Source of the DNA: an uncultured Candidatus Saccharibacteria bacterium
GTDB lineage: Bacteria > Patescibacteriota > Minisyncoccia > Phycocordibacterales > JAACPR01
DNA: 64,000 bases
NCBI GenBank assembly: GCA_964402215.1
Contig: CAYOAT010000001.1
Location: 134,703-198,702, forward strand
Direction: 5' to 3'
Shown here: positions 55,857-64,000 of the stretch, in pieces
Layout of the letters: each line of letters opens with the position of its first letter
How positions within the stretch are numbered: the stretch's first letter is position 1
Translations under genes and position numbers: made by a program
The notes under the pieces: generated by a model
The model's database searches: none
Told to the model about the DNA's origin: nothing
What the model saw: only the letters and a program-made list of their open reading frames with translations

Positions 55857-56270
55857 TTACTCAATTGCTACAATAATTTTCTTTGCTATTTCTGCCATCT
55901 CACCGTTTTTATAAGAAATATGATTATGTAGACCAGCATCGCCGTCTTTTCTTGGAATAATATGAATATGTGCATGAAAAACGATTTGCCCCGCTGATTT
56001 TTCATTGTTCATAATAATATTTATGCCATCACAATTTGTCGCTTTTTTTATTGCCGGTGCGATTTTCTTTACTGTTTTAATCAAACTTTCTGCCGCGTTG
56101 TCAGTTAAATCAAAGATATTTCTGTAAGGATGTTTTGTGATTACAAGGGTATGGCCAACGGAATTAGGGTTTATATCAAGAAAAGCAAAAGTTTCGGAAT
56201 CCTCGTATATCTTTGTACAAGGAATTCCTCCTGCCACGATTTTTTCAAAAATTGTTTTTTCTGTTGTCAT
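55857..56270 (-). CDS. HIT family (histidine triad) nucleotide hydrolase
   Basis: HAHIHIIPR histidine triad, 137 aa. Confidence 0.8.
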   Translation of the reverse strand: MTTEKTIFEKIVAGGIPCTKIYEDSETFAFLDINPNSVGHTLVITKHPYRNIFDLTDNAAESLIKTVKKIAPAIKKATNCDGINIIMNNEKSAGQIVFHAHIHIIPRKDGDAGLHNHISYKNGEMAEIAKKIIVAIE

Positions 56271-56353
56271 TATTTTATTTATACTACCACCTTATTTTAA
56301 CAGAAATTTAACTAAACATTCTACTATTAGACTTGTGCTAGAATACGAAAACC

Positions 56354-58066
56354 ATGGAACATGAAATTTCTCCACAAATTGCAGCAGAAGACAGAAAAAA
56401 ACTCAATAAATATTCTGATGTCGTGGCTCAGTTGCTATATAATCGTGGATTTTTTACAAACGAAGCTGCCGAGGCATTTATTTCTGTTGATTACGATAAG
56501 GGAATTAATGATCCTTTTGAATTAAAGGATATAAATATTGCGATTGAAAGAATTTTACGAGCGATTACAGAAAAAGAAAAAATTTGTATTTATAGCGATT
56601 ATGACGCCGACGGGATTCCTGGTGCGGTTATTTTATCGGATTTTTTCAGAAAAATTAAATTTGAAAATTTCTTTGTTTACATTCCGCACAGAAATAAGGA
56701 AGGTTTTGGTTTGAATAAAAACGCTATTGAAAAGATTGCCGGTCAGGATGCTAAATTGATTATTACGATTGATTGCGGGATTAGCGATGTTTTACCAATT
56801 GCTTTTGCTGTTGAAAAAAATATCGATGTGATTATTACTGATCATCATGATCCAAATAATCATGAATCAAAAGCTCTTGCCGTCATAAATCCAAAACAAA
56901 AAGATTGTAATTACAAAGACAAAAATCTTTGCGGCGCCGGTGTAATTTTTAAAGTTGTTGAGGCTCTCATCAAAAAAAATAATTTTAATATTAATGGAGT
57001 AGTAATTAGTGCTGGCTGGGAAAAATGGTTATTGGATATGGTTGGGATTGCAACCTTATCTGACATGGTTCCTCTTGTCGGTGAAAATAGAATTTTTGCA
57101 AAATACGGCCTGATGGTTATGAGGAAAAGTCCAAGAAAAGGTTTTGTTCGTTTATTAAAAGAATGCAAACTCGACCAAGAAAAAATAGTTGAAGATGATG
57201 TTGGTTTTTCAATCGCGCCAAGAATTAATGCCGCTTCTAGAATGGATGAGCCAGAAACCGCTTATCGAATGTTATTTACTGATTCTGATGTTGAAGCTGA
57301 TGAAACCGTAAAACATTTACATAAAATTAATGCAGAAAGAAAAAGCGTCGTAGCTGTAATGGTAAAAGAAATTAAAAAGGATCTCGGTAAAAAACACGAT
57401 AAATCTATTGTGGTGAAAGGAAGTCCTGATTGGTCACCATCCCTTTTGGGTTTGGCTGCAAGCAGTATTGTCGAAGCCTACAAAATGCCGGTGTTTTTGT
57501 GGGGCCGTGGATGTGGTGAAAATTTAAAAGGTTCTTGTCGTTCTGATGGCTCTGTTGATTTGGTAAAAATGATGAATGAAGTTGGGTCAGGAATAATCGA
57601 CCAGTTTGGTGGTCACAAAATGGCAGGAGGTTTTATTGTTACTGATAACGGAGTTTTTACTTTATCCGATGAATTAGAAAAAGCTTATGAAAAAGCCAAA
57701 AATGATTTTGAAAAACAAAAAATAAAAGTTGATGCGGAACTTAACATTAACGATTTAACGTGGAACTTATTTAACGATATTCAAAAACTTGCACCATTTG
57801 GAGTTCAAAATGAAAAACCCATATTTCTATTTAAAGATTTAACCATTGAAAAAATTGATAATTTTGGAAAAGATAAAAACCATCTAAAAATTTCATTCAA
57901 AAAAAACGATGGTCGATTAATTACTGCAATAAAGTTTTTTGCTGAAGATCACGAACATTTATCCAAAATAGTTCCAGGCCAAAAAATTAATTTGATAGCC
58001 AATCTAGAAAAATCCGATTTTGGACGATATCCTGAATTAAGATTGCGAATAGTAAATATTCAATAA
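56354..58066 (+). CDS. recJ: Single-stranded-DNA-specific exonuclease RecJ
   Basis: DHH motifs (IYSDYDADGI, ITDHHDP), DHHA1 domain (GGH..AGG), C-terminal OB-like region. Confidence 0.85.
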   Translation: MEHEISPQIAAEDRKKLNKYSDVVAQLLYNRGFFTNEAAEAFISVDYDKGINDPFELKDINIAIERILRAITEKEKICIYSDYDADGIPGAVILSDFFRKIKFENFFVYIPHRNKEGFGLNKNAIEKIAGQDAKLIITIDCGISDVLPIAFAVEKNIDVIITDHHDPNNHESKALAVINPKQKDCNYKDKNLCGAGVIFKVVEALIKKNNFNINGVVISAGWEKWLLDMVGIATLSDMVPLVGENRIFAKYGLMVMRKSPRKGFVRLLKECKLDQEKIVEDDVGFSIAPRINAASRMDEPETAYRMLFTDSDVEADETVKHLHKINAERKSVVAVMVKEIKKDLGKKHDKSIVVKGSPDWSPSLLGLAASSIVEAYKMPVFLWGRGCGENLKGSCRSDGSVDLVKMMNEVGSGIIDQFGGHKMAGGFIVTDNGVFTLSDELEKAYEKAKNDFEKQKIKVDAELNINDLTWNLFNDIQKLAPFGVQNEKPIFLFKDLTIEKIDNFGKDKNHLKISFKKNDGRLITAIKFFAEDHEHLSKIVPGQKINLIANLEKSDFGRYPELRLRIVNIQ

Positions 58067-58155
58067 ACAAGCCCTTTTTGTCGAATAGATTTGAAATGCT
58101 ATAATAAATATATATTTAAGCTACTTTAAGTTATTTTATTAATTAAAAACAAACA

Positions 58156-58746
58156 ATGAAAACATACGAAATAAAAAAATTTGATATTCCTGAATTAAAA
58201 GGTATTTCCTTAAAAAATATTGAAGAGCATTTAAAACTTTATGAAGGTTACGTAAAAAATACTAATTATATTCTTGGTCAAATAGATAAAATTTCTAATT
58301 CAGAAAATTTGGGTGATCAAGTTTATTCAATTACTGAATTACATAGACGATTTTCGTTTGAATTTGATGGAATGAGAAATCATGAATATTATTTTTCAGG
58401 TTTTGTTGGTGGGCCAAAAAATATCTCGGATGGCGCACTAAAATCAGAAATTGCATTGGAGTGGGGAAGTTTTGAGCGATGGTTAAATTTATTTAAAATT
58501 TTAGCAAAGACCAAGGGTCCAGGTTGGGCGATTTTATATAAAGATCCCGCAACAAACAAATTAACTCATGGGTGGGTTGACGAACAACATCTGGGTCATT
58601 TGACTGGCCTTTTACCTATATTATGTTTAGATATGTGGGAGCACTCTTATATCGCAGACTATTTGCCGAGTGGAAAAATTCAGTATATTGAAGATTTTTT
58701 TGCTAACTTGAATTGGTCAGTGATAGAGAAAAATTTTAAAGAATAA
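58156..58746 (+). CDS. sodA: Fe/Mn superoxide dismutase
   Basis: HH..H N-domain pattern and C-terminal DMWEHSY metal-ligand motif. Confidence 0.85.
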   Translation: MKTYEIKKFDIPELKGISLKNIEEHLKLYEGYVKNTNYILGQIDKISNSENLGDQVYSITELHRRFSFEFDGMRNHEYYFSGFVGGPKNISDGALKSEIALEWGSFERWLNLFKILAKTKGPGWAILYKDPATNKLTHGWVDEQHLGHLTGLLPILCLDMWEHSYIADYLPSGKIQYIEDFFANLNWSVIEKNFKE

Positions 58747-58748
58747 AA

Positions 58749-59516
58749 ATGGAGGGAATAAAATATAAAAAAATAGAAGATTCAGGATCCGGACCCGAAG
58801 AAATAAAAACTTTATTTCGTGGTGTCTGGGCTGATGAATTATATAGTGGCCAAGAATTGCCAGTTGGTGGTTCTATTTTTTCTGAAGAATTAACATCGAA
58901 ATTAAAACTTGATTTTGATAATTTTGAAGACGACCTCGGCGGCTATACAGAAGAAAATATGATTGATGTTTTTAAAACTGGTGAAAATCAAAAACAGTAT
59001 GAAGAATATTTAAACGTATACGAATCTGATGTTGATTCATATTTACATTTTATTTGTTTTCAAATTCAAAATAAAGTAGCGCGTCTATTGGAAATTGATC
59101 CGGTCAAGAGAATAAATGCAATGCAAAGAAATCAAATGTTTAGTGACGGGATACCTAATTTGTCGGATTTAAAAGGAAAATCAATGTGTGCAGAAAGAGC
59201 CGCACTCGCTCAATTTTTATTACAAAGAATTGGAATTGAATCAGCTTATGTCAGCGGGGTTTCTTCGTCTGTTGAATCTGGTGACGATATGGAGGACCAT
59301 AGCTTTGTTGTTTTGAAAAATCGTGATGGTCAAACTCTGATTTTCGATGTAGCCCGTCCAAATGATTTGGATAATATGCCGGCAGTTTACAAAACCGGTG
59401 AAACTTTTGATTATGAATTATTGGCTGGTAAAGAACATTTACTTGTCGAGGCGGAAGAAGTTTTACATGGAAATAAAGTCTATTTTGGTGTTGGCGACGC
59501 AAATGCGGCTAGATGA
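58749..59516 (+). CDS. Hypothetical protein with transglutaminase-like Cys-His-Asp core
   Basis: ..KSMCAERAALAQFLLQRIGIESAYVSG..HSFVVL..D pattern typical of the transglutaminase-like papain-fold superfamily. Confidence 0.45.
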   Translation: MEGIKYKKIEDSGSGPEEIKTLFRGVWADELYSGQELPVGGSIFSEELTSKLKLDFDNFEDDLGGYTEENMIDVFKTGENQKQYEEYLNVYESDVDSYLHFICFQIQNKVARLLEIDPVKRINAMQRNQMFSDGIPNLSDLKGKSMCAERAALAQFLLQRIGIESAYVSGVSSSVESGDDMEDHSFVVLKNRDGQTLIFDVARPNDLDNMPAVYKTGETFDYELLAGKEHLLVEAEEVLHGNKVYFGVGDANAAR

Positions 59517-59527
59517 TTTTGCCAAAT

Positions 59528-60910
59528 CTATATTGAAATTGTTGCAAATTTTAATTGTGCAAATAAGTTCACAATAAACAATATATATTTTAGAAATAAA
59601 TATGGCAGGAATCCGACAAAAATTCCAACATTTTGATTAATAAAAGCAGTTATTCCGGCGATAAATCCAAGTAACATTGTTATAGGTATAAATTGGAGAG
59701 TTACAATATTTACAATTGGTGCGACAATCGACAGCTGACCAGTCATTTTCATTAGAAGCGGTAAAACAGTAATTTGTGTAGAAAACGTTGCAGTAATAAT
59801 TTCCCGTAAATTGAATTTTTCAGTTACAAATGGAAAAAATTTCTTAACAAAACCACTTAAGTTAATTAATCCTAAGGTAGCCAAAAAAGATAATTGAAAG
59901 GAAGGATCATAAAACAAAATCATCGGATTTATGATAATCATTATTGCTCCTGCAAAAAATAATGCTCTATTTACAGAGTAAGTTCGACCTGAAACTCTGG
60001 CAATAATAGCGAGTAATGTCATTACTGTTGATCTAACGACAGTTGCGCCTGAACCAACCATCACGCTAAAAATAATTATTGAAATAATGCCAAATGTGAC
60101 AGAAAATATTTTTGGTAGAAAACCAAAAAACTTAAAAATTGCCTCAGCGATTATTGTCACGTTGTATCCCGAAAGAACAATGATGTGAACAAGTCCAACC
60201 TTTCTAAAATTATTTTCCAAATCAGGACCTAGTGATCTTTTTGAACCTAGTAATATTCCACCGAGGAGTTCTGCCTCGGGTGAGGGGATAACTTTTTGAA
60301 TATTTTCTAAAAAACTTTGTTTGATTTTAAAGATTGATCTAAGAAAATGAAAATTTGTGGCCAAGTCGATAATTTCAATTTTTGGATAATACATCAAAGA
60401 ATAAATTTTGTCCTTTTCTAAAAATTTTATGTAATTAAATTCAATTCCGCTGTCATTAGAAAAGTTTTCGGGTAATAAAACTTTTCCTGTTATTTTTAAT
60501 TTTTGTCCAACCAGAAATTCTGGGTAGGTTGGTATAGTTACGACCATCTTTTCATTCAAAAATATTTTCTGATCATTTATTTCAAGAGAATATAGTTCGA
60601 CGATTAATCTAGTGTTACTTTCTCTAATATCTGGCTCATTAACAATTTCTCCGCTAACAGAGATTTCTTTATCGTTATATTCCAAAATTTTTGATTTAGT
60701 AAAAGTCACTGCACCCCGCCAAATTGTTAAAGTAGAAAACAACGTGACAATAGTGAGGATCACAAAAATTTTCTTTTTTGTGATTGTTAGAAAAAAAATA
60801 CAAACAAAAAATACAATAAACAATTCACCATAATAGTTTCCAAAGAAATTGAATATAATCGAACCAACCATTGTTCCTCCCACGGCACCGTAAATAAATA
60901 GGTTTATCAC
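59528..60910 (-). CDS. comEC: ComEC/Rec2 DNA-uptake channel protein (DUF4131 + competence domain; no C-terminal MBL domain)
   Basis: N-terminal OB-like DUF4131 region, then polytopic competence domain (VGLVHIIVLSGYNVTIIAEAI). Ends after the membrane domain. Confidence 0.7.
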   Translation of the reverse strand: MINLFIYGAVGGTMVGSIIFNFFGNYYGELFIVFFVCIFFLTITKKKIFVILTIVTLFSTLTIWRGAVTFTKSKILEYNDKEISVSGEIVNEPDIRESNTRLIVELYSLEINDQKIFLNEKMVVTIPTYPEFLVGQKLKITGKVLLPENFSNDSGIEFNYIKFLEKDKIYSLMYYPKIEIIDLATNFHFLRSIFKIKQSFLENIQKVIPSPEAELLGGILLGSKRSLGPDLENNFRKVGLVHIIVLSGYNVTIIAEAIFKFFGFLPKIFSVTFGIISIIIFSVMVGSGATVVRSTVMTLLAIIARVSGRTYSVNRALFFAGAIMIIINPMILFYDPSFQLSFLATLGLINLSGFVKKFFPFVTEKFNLREIITATFSTQITVLPLLMKMTGQLSIVAPIVNIVTLQFIPITMLLGFIAGITAFINQNVGIFVGFLPYLFLKYILFIVNLFAQLKFATISI

Positions 60911-60971
60911 TAACTAATTGTGTGATATCAAAACGTATTTTAAAACAAAAAAATTTATTAAAAATTTAACT

Positions 60972-61670
60972 TTACCTCACGCCCCAACTTTTCATTATTT
61001 CAAGCTCATCTTCGGCAGAAATAGTTTTTCTAAACTTTGCACCCTCTTTTCCTTTTACACGCGTTTCACATTCTGACCACGTTGAATGTTTGATCAGTTT
61101 TCCATCCACAAGACTAATGTATGAATATGCTCGAGTATTCCTTCTTTCACGATCTGAAGTTTCTGACATCTCTTCTTTTGAAGGTTCTGAAATATTTATA
61201 TTATAATTTCGAATATCGCCATTAAATAAAATAACTCTATCGCCGTCGCCAAAACCCGTAGCAATCTCATCGGCACGATTATTTCCAGCGATTCCGGCAT
61301 GACCTTTAACCTGAAACCATTCAATTTCTCTATCTTCTACGACTTCATACAAACTCTGCCAAAGATCTTTATTAAGCACATCTTTTTTGTCAGAAGTTTT
61401 CCAATTGTTACGCAGCCAGCCATGAATCCATTTTGTAATTCCATTTATCAAATATCCTGAGTCTGTAAAAATTCTAATTTTACTTCCTACAGGTGTTTTT
61501 TTAAGTGCGTATAATGCAGCCGAAATTTCCATTCTATTATTTGTCGTTTTTGTTTCGCCGTCGCCAATTTCTAAAACATTTTTTCCTTCAACAATAATGG
61601 CGCCATATCCACCAGGTCCAGGATTTCCGCGCGAAGCCCCATCTGTATAAATTAAAATTTTATCGCTCAT
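60972..61670 (-). CDS. rnhA: Ribonuclease HI with C-terminal extension
   Basis: Start trimmed to MSDKILIYTDGASRGNPGPGGYG. Catalytic D-E-D-D pattern (TDGA, NNRMEISA, FTDS, NNRADEIA). Confidence 0.85.
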   Translation of the reverse strand: MSDKILIYTDGASRGNPGPGGYGAIIVEGKNVLEIGDGETKTTNNRMEISAALYALKKTPVGSKIRIFTDSGYLINGITKWIHGWLRNNWKTSDKKDVLNKDLWQSLYEVVEDREIEWFQVKGHAGIAGNNRADEIATGFGDGDRVILFNGDIRNYNINISEPSKEEMSETSDRERRNTRAYSYISLVDGKLIKHSTWSECETRVKGKEGAKFRKTISAEDELEIMKSWGVR

Positions 61671-61729
61671 ATTATTGCTGAATAGTATAACAAATAATTT
61701 TTTTATAGATATTTTATACAAATTTTATT

Positions 61730-62644
61730 GTGAGTCGTTTAAATTCACATGTGGAACTTTTAAAAAAGATTCAAAAACGAGCAGTATATGTGTTTTTAGG
61801 AGTATTTTTCGTTATCGCAATTTTTATTTACTCAGTATATTTTCAAGAATCTTCTAGGAAATATTTAACCGTTGCATTTCTAGATGTGGGGCAAGGGGAT
61901 TCTATTTTTATAGAAGCCCCGAACGGGAATCAAATTTTAATAGATGGTGGGCCGACAGCTTCTGTAGTTAGGCAACTCTCGAAATATATTCCATTTTATG
62001 ATCGCTCTATTAATATGATTATTTCAACACACTCTGATCTGGATCATATTGGTGGTTTTCCAGAAATTTTCAAACGCTACAAAATTGGTAAATACATTAC
62101 TTCAGACAAAAAAGACTCGGCCGATTTGTATCTTGAACTTGAAAAACTAAACGAAACAGAAAAAGCTGATAGAATTTTTTTGCAATCAGGCGATCGAATC
62201 ATTTTGGACGAAAAAAGAAATATTTATTTAGAGGCGCTGTGGCCTAAGGATTCAAATTCCGCAAATGATAATAACGATACATCAGTTGTAGTTAAATTAA
62301 TCTACGGTAAAAAATCATTTTTGTTGACCGGTGATGCTTCAACATTAGTAGAGAGCGAAATAATTTCATATTTAGGTGATGATTTGTCAAAATCTATACT
62401 GAATAGTGATATTTTAAAAATTGGCCACCACGGTTCAAAAACTTCATCTAGTGATCAATTTGTTAGGTATGTTTCTCCTGAATATTCGATTATTTCCGTT
62501 GGTAAAGATAATAAATTTGGACATCCCGATAAAGAAGTAATTGATTTCTTGGATCAAGAAAAAATAAAAATACTCGAAACGAGTATTTTTGGGTCAATTG
62601 TTTTTGAAACAGACGGGGAGAGTGTCTGGCGGAAAACTAATTAA
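61730..62644 (+). CDS. Membrane-anchored ComEC-type metallo-beta-lactamase-fold hydrolase (stand-alone ComEC C-terminal domain)
   Basis: N-terminal TM. LDVGQGDS, HSDLDHIGG, GDAS, KIGHHGSKTSS motifs as in the ComEC Lactamase_B domain. Confidence 0.7.
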   Translation: MSRLNSHVELLKKIQKRAVYVFLGVFFVIAIFIYSVYFQESSRKYLTVAFLDVGQGDSIFIEAPNGNQILIDGGPTASVVRQLSKYIPFYDRSINMIISTHSDLDHIGGFPEIFKRYKIGKYITSDKKDSADLYLELEKLNETEKADRIFLQSGDRIILDEKRNIYLEALWPKDSNSANDNNDTSVVVKLIYGKKSFLLTGDASTLVESEIISYLGDDLSKSILNSDILKIGHHGSKTSSSDQFVRYVSPEYSIISVGKDNKFGHPDKEVIDFLDQEKIKILETSIFGSIVFETDGESVWRKTN

Positions 62645-62883
62645 ATAAGACCAGCTTTTTTAAGAGTAATATAAGCTCCTCTTTTTGTAATAGTTTTTAA
62701 ACCTTTTGCAGAAACATTTACGCTGACGCTTTTTCCAAGTTCAGGTACGAAAATTTTCTTTCTTTGGATATTCGCATAACGGCGAGTATTGCCTCCTGGG
62801 TTATATTTTGTAGCACGAGTTCTGTTTGAATATCGTCCGCTAACCTGTGATGATTTTTTTGTTATTGCGCAAGTTTTTGCCAT
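62641..62883 (-). CDS. rpmB: 50S ribosomal protein L28
   Basis: MAKTCAITKK..G...SN....K....NTRRY...QRKK...PELGK.V.V.VSAKGLKTITKRG fits the bL28 pattern. Confidence 0.7.
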   Translation of the reverse strand: MAKTCAITKKSSQVSGRYSNRTRATKYNPGGNTRRYANIQRKKIFVPELGKSVSVNVSAKGLKTITKRGAYITLKKAGLI

Positions 62884-62935
62884 GGTTTTATGTTTGTGCG
62901 TGTCATGCTATCATGTTTATACATTTTTGCAATAT

Positions 62936-63553
62936 ATGGATATACAAACAATTTTTAGTATCGCAATTCTAATAATGTCAGTAATGATTCACGAAGTTTC
63001 GCATGGATATGCCGCACTTTATCTTGGCGATGTAACAGCAAAGTACGCTGGAAGACTTACTTTAAATCCGATAAAGCATATTGATCCTGTTGGTTCGATT
63101 TTGCTCCCTTTCATTTTTGCTATCATGGGTTCCGGTTTAATTTTGGGTTGGGCAAAACCGGTTCCTTATAATCCATATAATTTGCGCAATCAAAGATGGG
63201 GAGAATTAATTGTTGCGATTGCTGGCCCAGCTTCAAACTTTATAATTGCCATTGTTTTTGGTTTATTGATTAGATTTTCAGATATTTTCGGACTTCCAAG
63301 CACTTTTGTAGAATTATCTGCGTCAGTTGTATTAATAAACCTTGTATTGGCTGTTTTTAATCTTATTCCAATTCCACCACTTGATGGATCGAAAATTCTT
63401 TTTGCACTTATTCCCACAGAGAGCGCCCTAAAAATTCGCGCTACCTTTGAAAGATACGGTCTTTTCTTAATATTATTTATTGCTTTTTTTGTGTGGCAAA
63501 TGATTTTACCAATAGTTTTTTACTTGGCTCGACTAATTACTGGTCTAAATTAA
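62936..63553 (+). CDS. Peptidase M50 (site-2 protease-like) family membrane metalloprotease
   Basis: Start trimmed to MDIQTIF to avoid antisense overlap with rpmB. HEVSHG (HExxH) in TM1. Four or more TM segments. LDGSK second motif. Confidence 0.7.
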   Translation: MDIQTIFSIAILIMSVMIHEVSHGYAALYLGDVTAKYAGRLTLNPIKHIDPVGSILLPFIFAIMGSGLILGWAKPVPYNPYNLRNQRWGELIVAIAGPASNFIIAIVFGLLIRFSDIFGLPSTFVELSASVVLINLVLAVFNLIPIPPLDGSKILFALIPTESALKIRATFERYGLFLILFIAFFVWQMILPIVFYLARLITGLN

Positions 63554-63616
63554 TATCGAAACAGTCAGGTAGAGTCTTGCATTTTAAATATCTATATAGT
63601 AAAGTACCTTCCACTT

Positions 63617-64000
63617 ATGCCAACAATTAATCAATTGGTAAAAAGAAACCGCAGCAAAGTCGCCAGAAAATCAAAGGCGATTGTTTTGACTCGTGGTTTC
63701 AATACCCAAAAGAACAAACCAACTTTTTATATGTCTCCATTTAAAAGAGGTGTTTGTACAAAAGTTACAACAAAAACTCCAAGAAAGCCGAACTCAGCTA
63801 TTCGTAAAATTGCTCGTGTCAGATTAACTAACGGTGCTGAAATCACTGCTTATATTCCTGGTATTGGTCACAATTTACAAGAGCACTCTGTTGTTTTAGT
63901 TCGTGGAGGTCGAGTAAAAGACGTTAACTTGAAATACACAATTGTACGAGGTGTTCTAGACTCCGAAGGTGTACAAACTCGTCGAAAAGGTCGCAGTCAA
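63617..64000 (+). CDS. rpsL: 30S ribosomal protein S12 (3' end beyond window)
   Basis: [14 protein letters not shown]...[46 protein letters not shown] matches uS12 nearly throughout. No stop before the window end. Confidence 0.9.
   Translation, partial: MPTINQLVKRNRSKVARKSKAIVLTRGFNTQKNKPTFYMSPFKRGVCTKVTTKTPRKPNSAIRKIARVRLTNGAEITAYIPGIGHNLQEHSVVLVRGGRVKDVNLKYTIVRGVLDSEGVQTRRKGRSQ

Noticed and set aside
62789-62935. Upstream extension of the M50 protease ORF
   Set aside because: It would run antisense through rpmB. The family N-terminus begins at MDIQTIF (62936).
1-64000. CRISPR arrays, rRNA genes, transposase/IS elements
   Set aside because: No regularly spaced direct repeats with unique spacers, no rRNA-like sequence and no transposase-like ORF were found. 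The only integrase-family gene is the Xer-type tyrosine recombinase.

Overview
This 64 kb window comes from a low-GC (about 35-40%), gene-dense bacterial chromosome. The proteins are small and reduced. None of the native gene starts I examined has a Shine-Dalgarno sequence, and several have a TATAAT-like box close to the ATG. That picture fits a reduced-genome (possibly Patescibacteria/CPR-like) organism, but that placement is inference only.

The window holds the chromosomal replication-origin neighbourhood: dnaA, DnaA boxes, dnaN, and an rpmH-rnpA-yidC block in which the 44-aa rpmH is missing from the ORF track. It also holds ruvB-yebC-ruvC and a set of housekeeping genes (tyrS, a class A PBP, ksgA, pcrA/uvrD, rpsO, xerC/D-like recombinase, xth, cca, hup, rny, clpP-tig, ppa, nusA, a family-4 udg, tpiA, recJ, sod, rnhA, rpmB, rpsL). 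There are four tRNAs: Arg-TCG, Gly-GCC, Pro-TGG and Gly-TCC.

The most striking content is an ~11 kb, 11-gene, single-strand type IV secretion-like operon (13127-24239):
- A VirB4 ATPase whose N-terminal domain is carried on a separate ORF.
- VirB6/TrbL-like, VirB3-like and VirB2/TrbC-like membrane proteins.
- Several secreted or membrane-anchored proteins of unknown function.
- A divergently encoded, GC-elevated 994-aa surface protein with Ig-like, CBM-like and clan GH-A-like regions.

Competence and DNA-uptake genes are dispersed through the window: two PilB/GspE ATPases (one paired with PilC), ComEC encoded as two separate genes flanking rnhA, comM/yifB and recJ.

Three minus-strand single-gene cassettes look foreign:
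- 36.5-37.06 kb, GC about 50%, next to the tyrosine recombinase and flanked by imperfect direct repeats.
- 40.88-41.5 kb, GC about 45%, next to tRNA-Pro.
- 43.36-43.92 kb, GC about 50%, next to tRNA-Gly.

Each has a -35 TTGACA. Two of them have an exact TTGACA-N18-TATAAT promoter. Each has an AAGGAG/AAGGAA ribosome-binding site, which the native genes lack, and each ends in a hairpin terminator.

Other things worth a second look:
- A cluster of five 14-bp palindromes (consensus GTTTCACGTGAAAC, as two near-identical 28-bp tandem units plus a half site) around and inside a YraN/UPF0102 gene that lacks a canonical start.
- A 313-nt structured noncoding region upstream of ruvB.
- MITE-like or long inverted repeats after tpiA and after clpP. 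The tpiA one sits next to a possible small hydrophobic toxin-like ORF that has a strong SD.
- A hyper-acidic 82-aa protein after ruvC.

No CRISPR array was seen.
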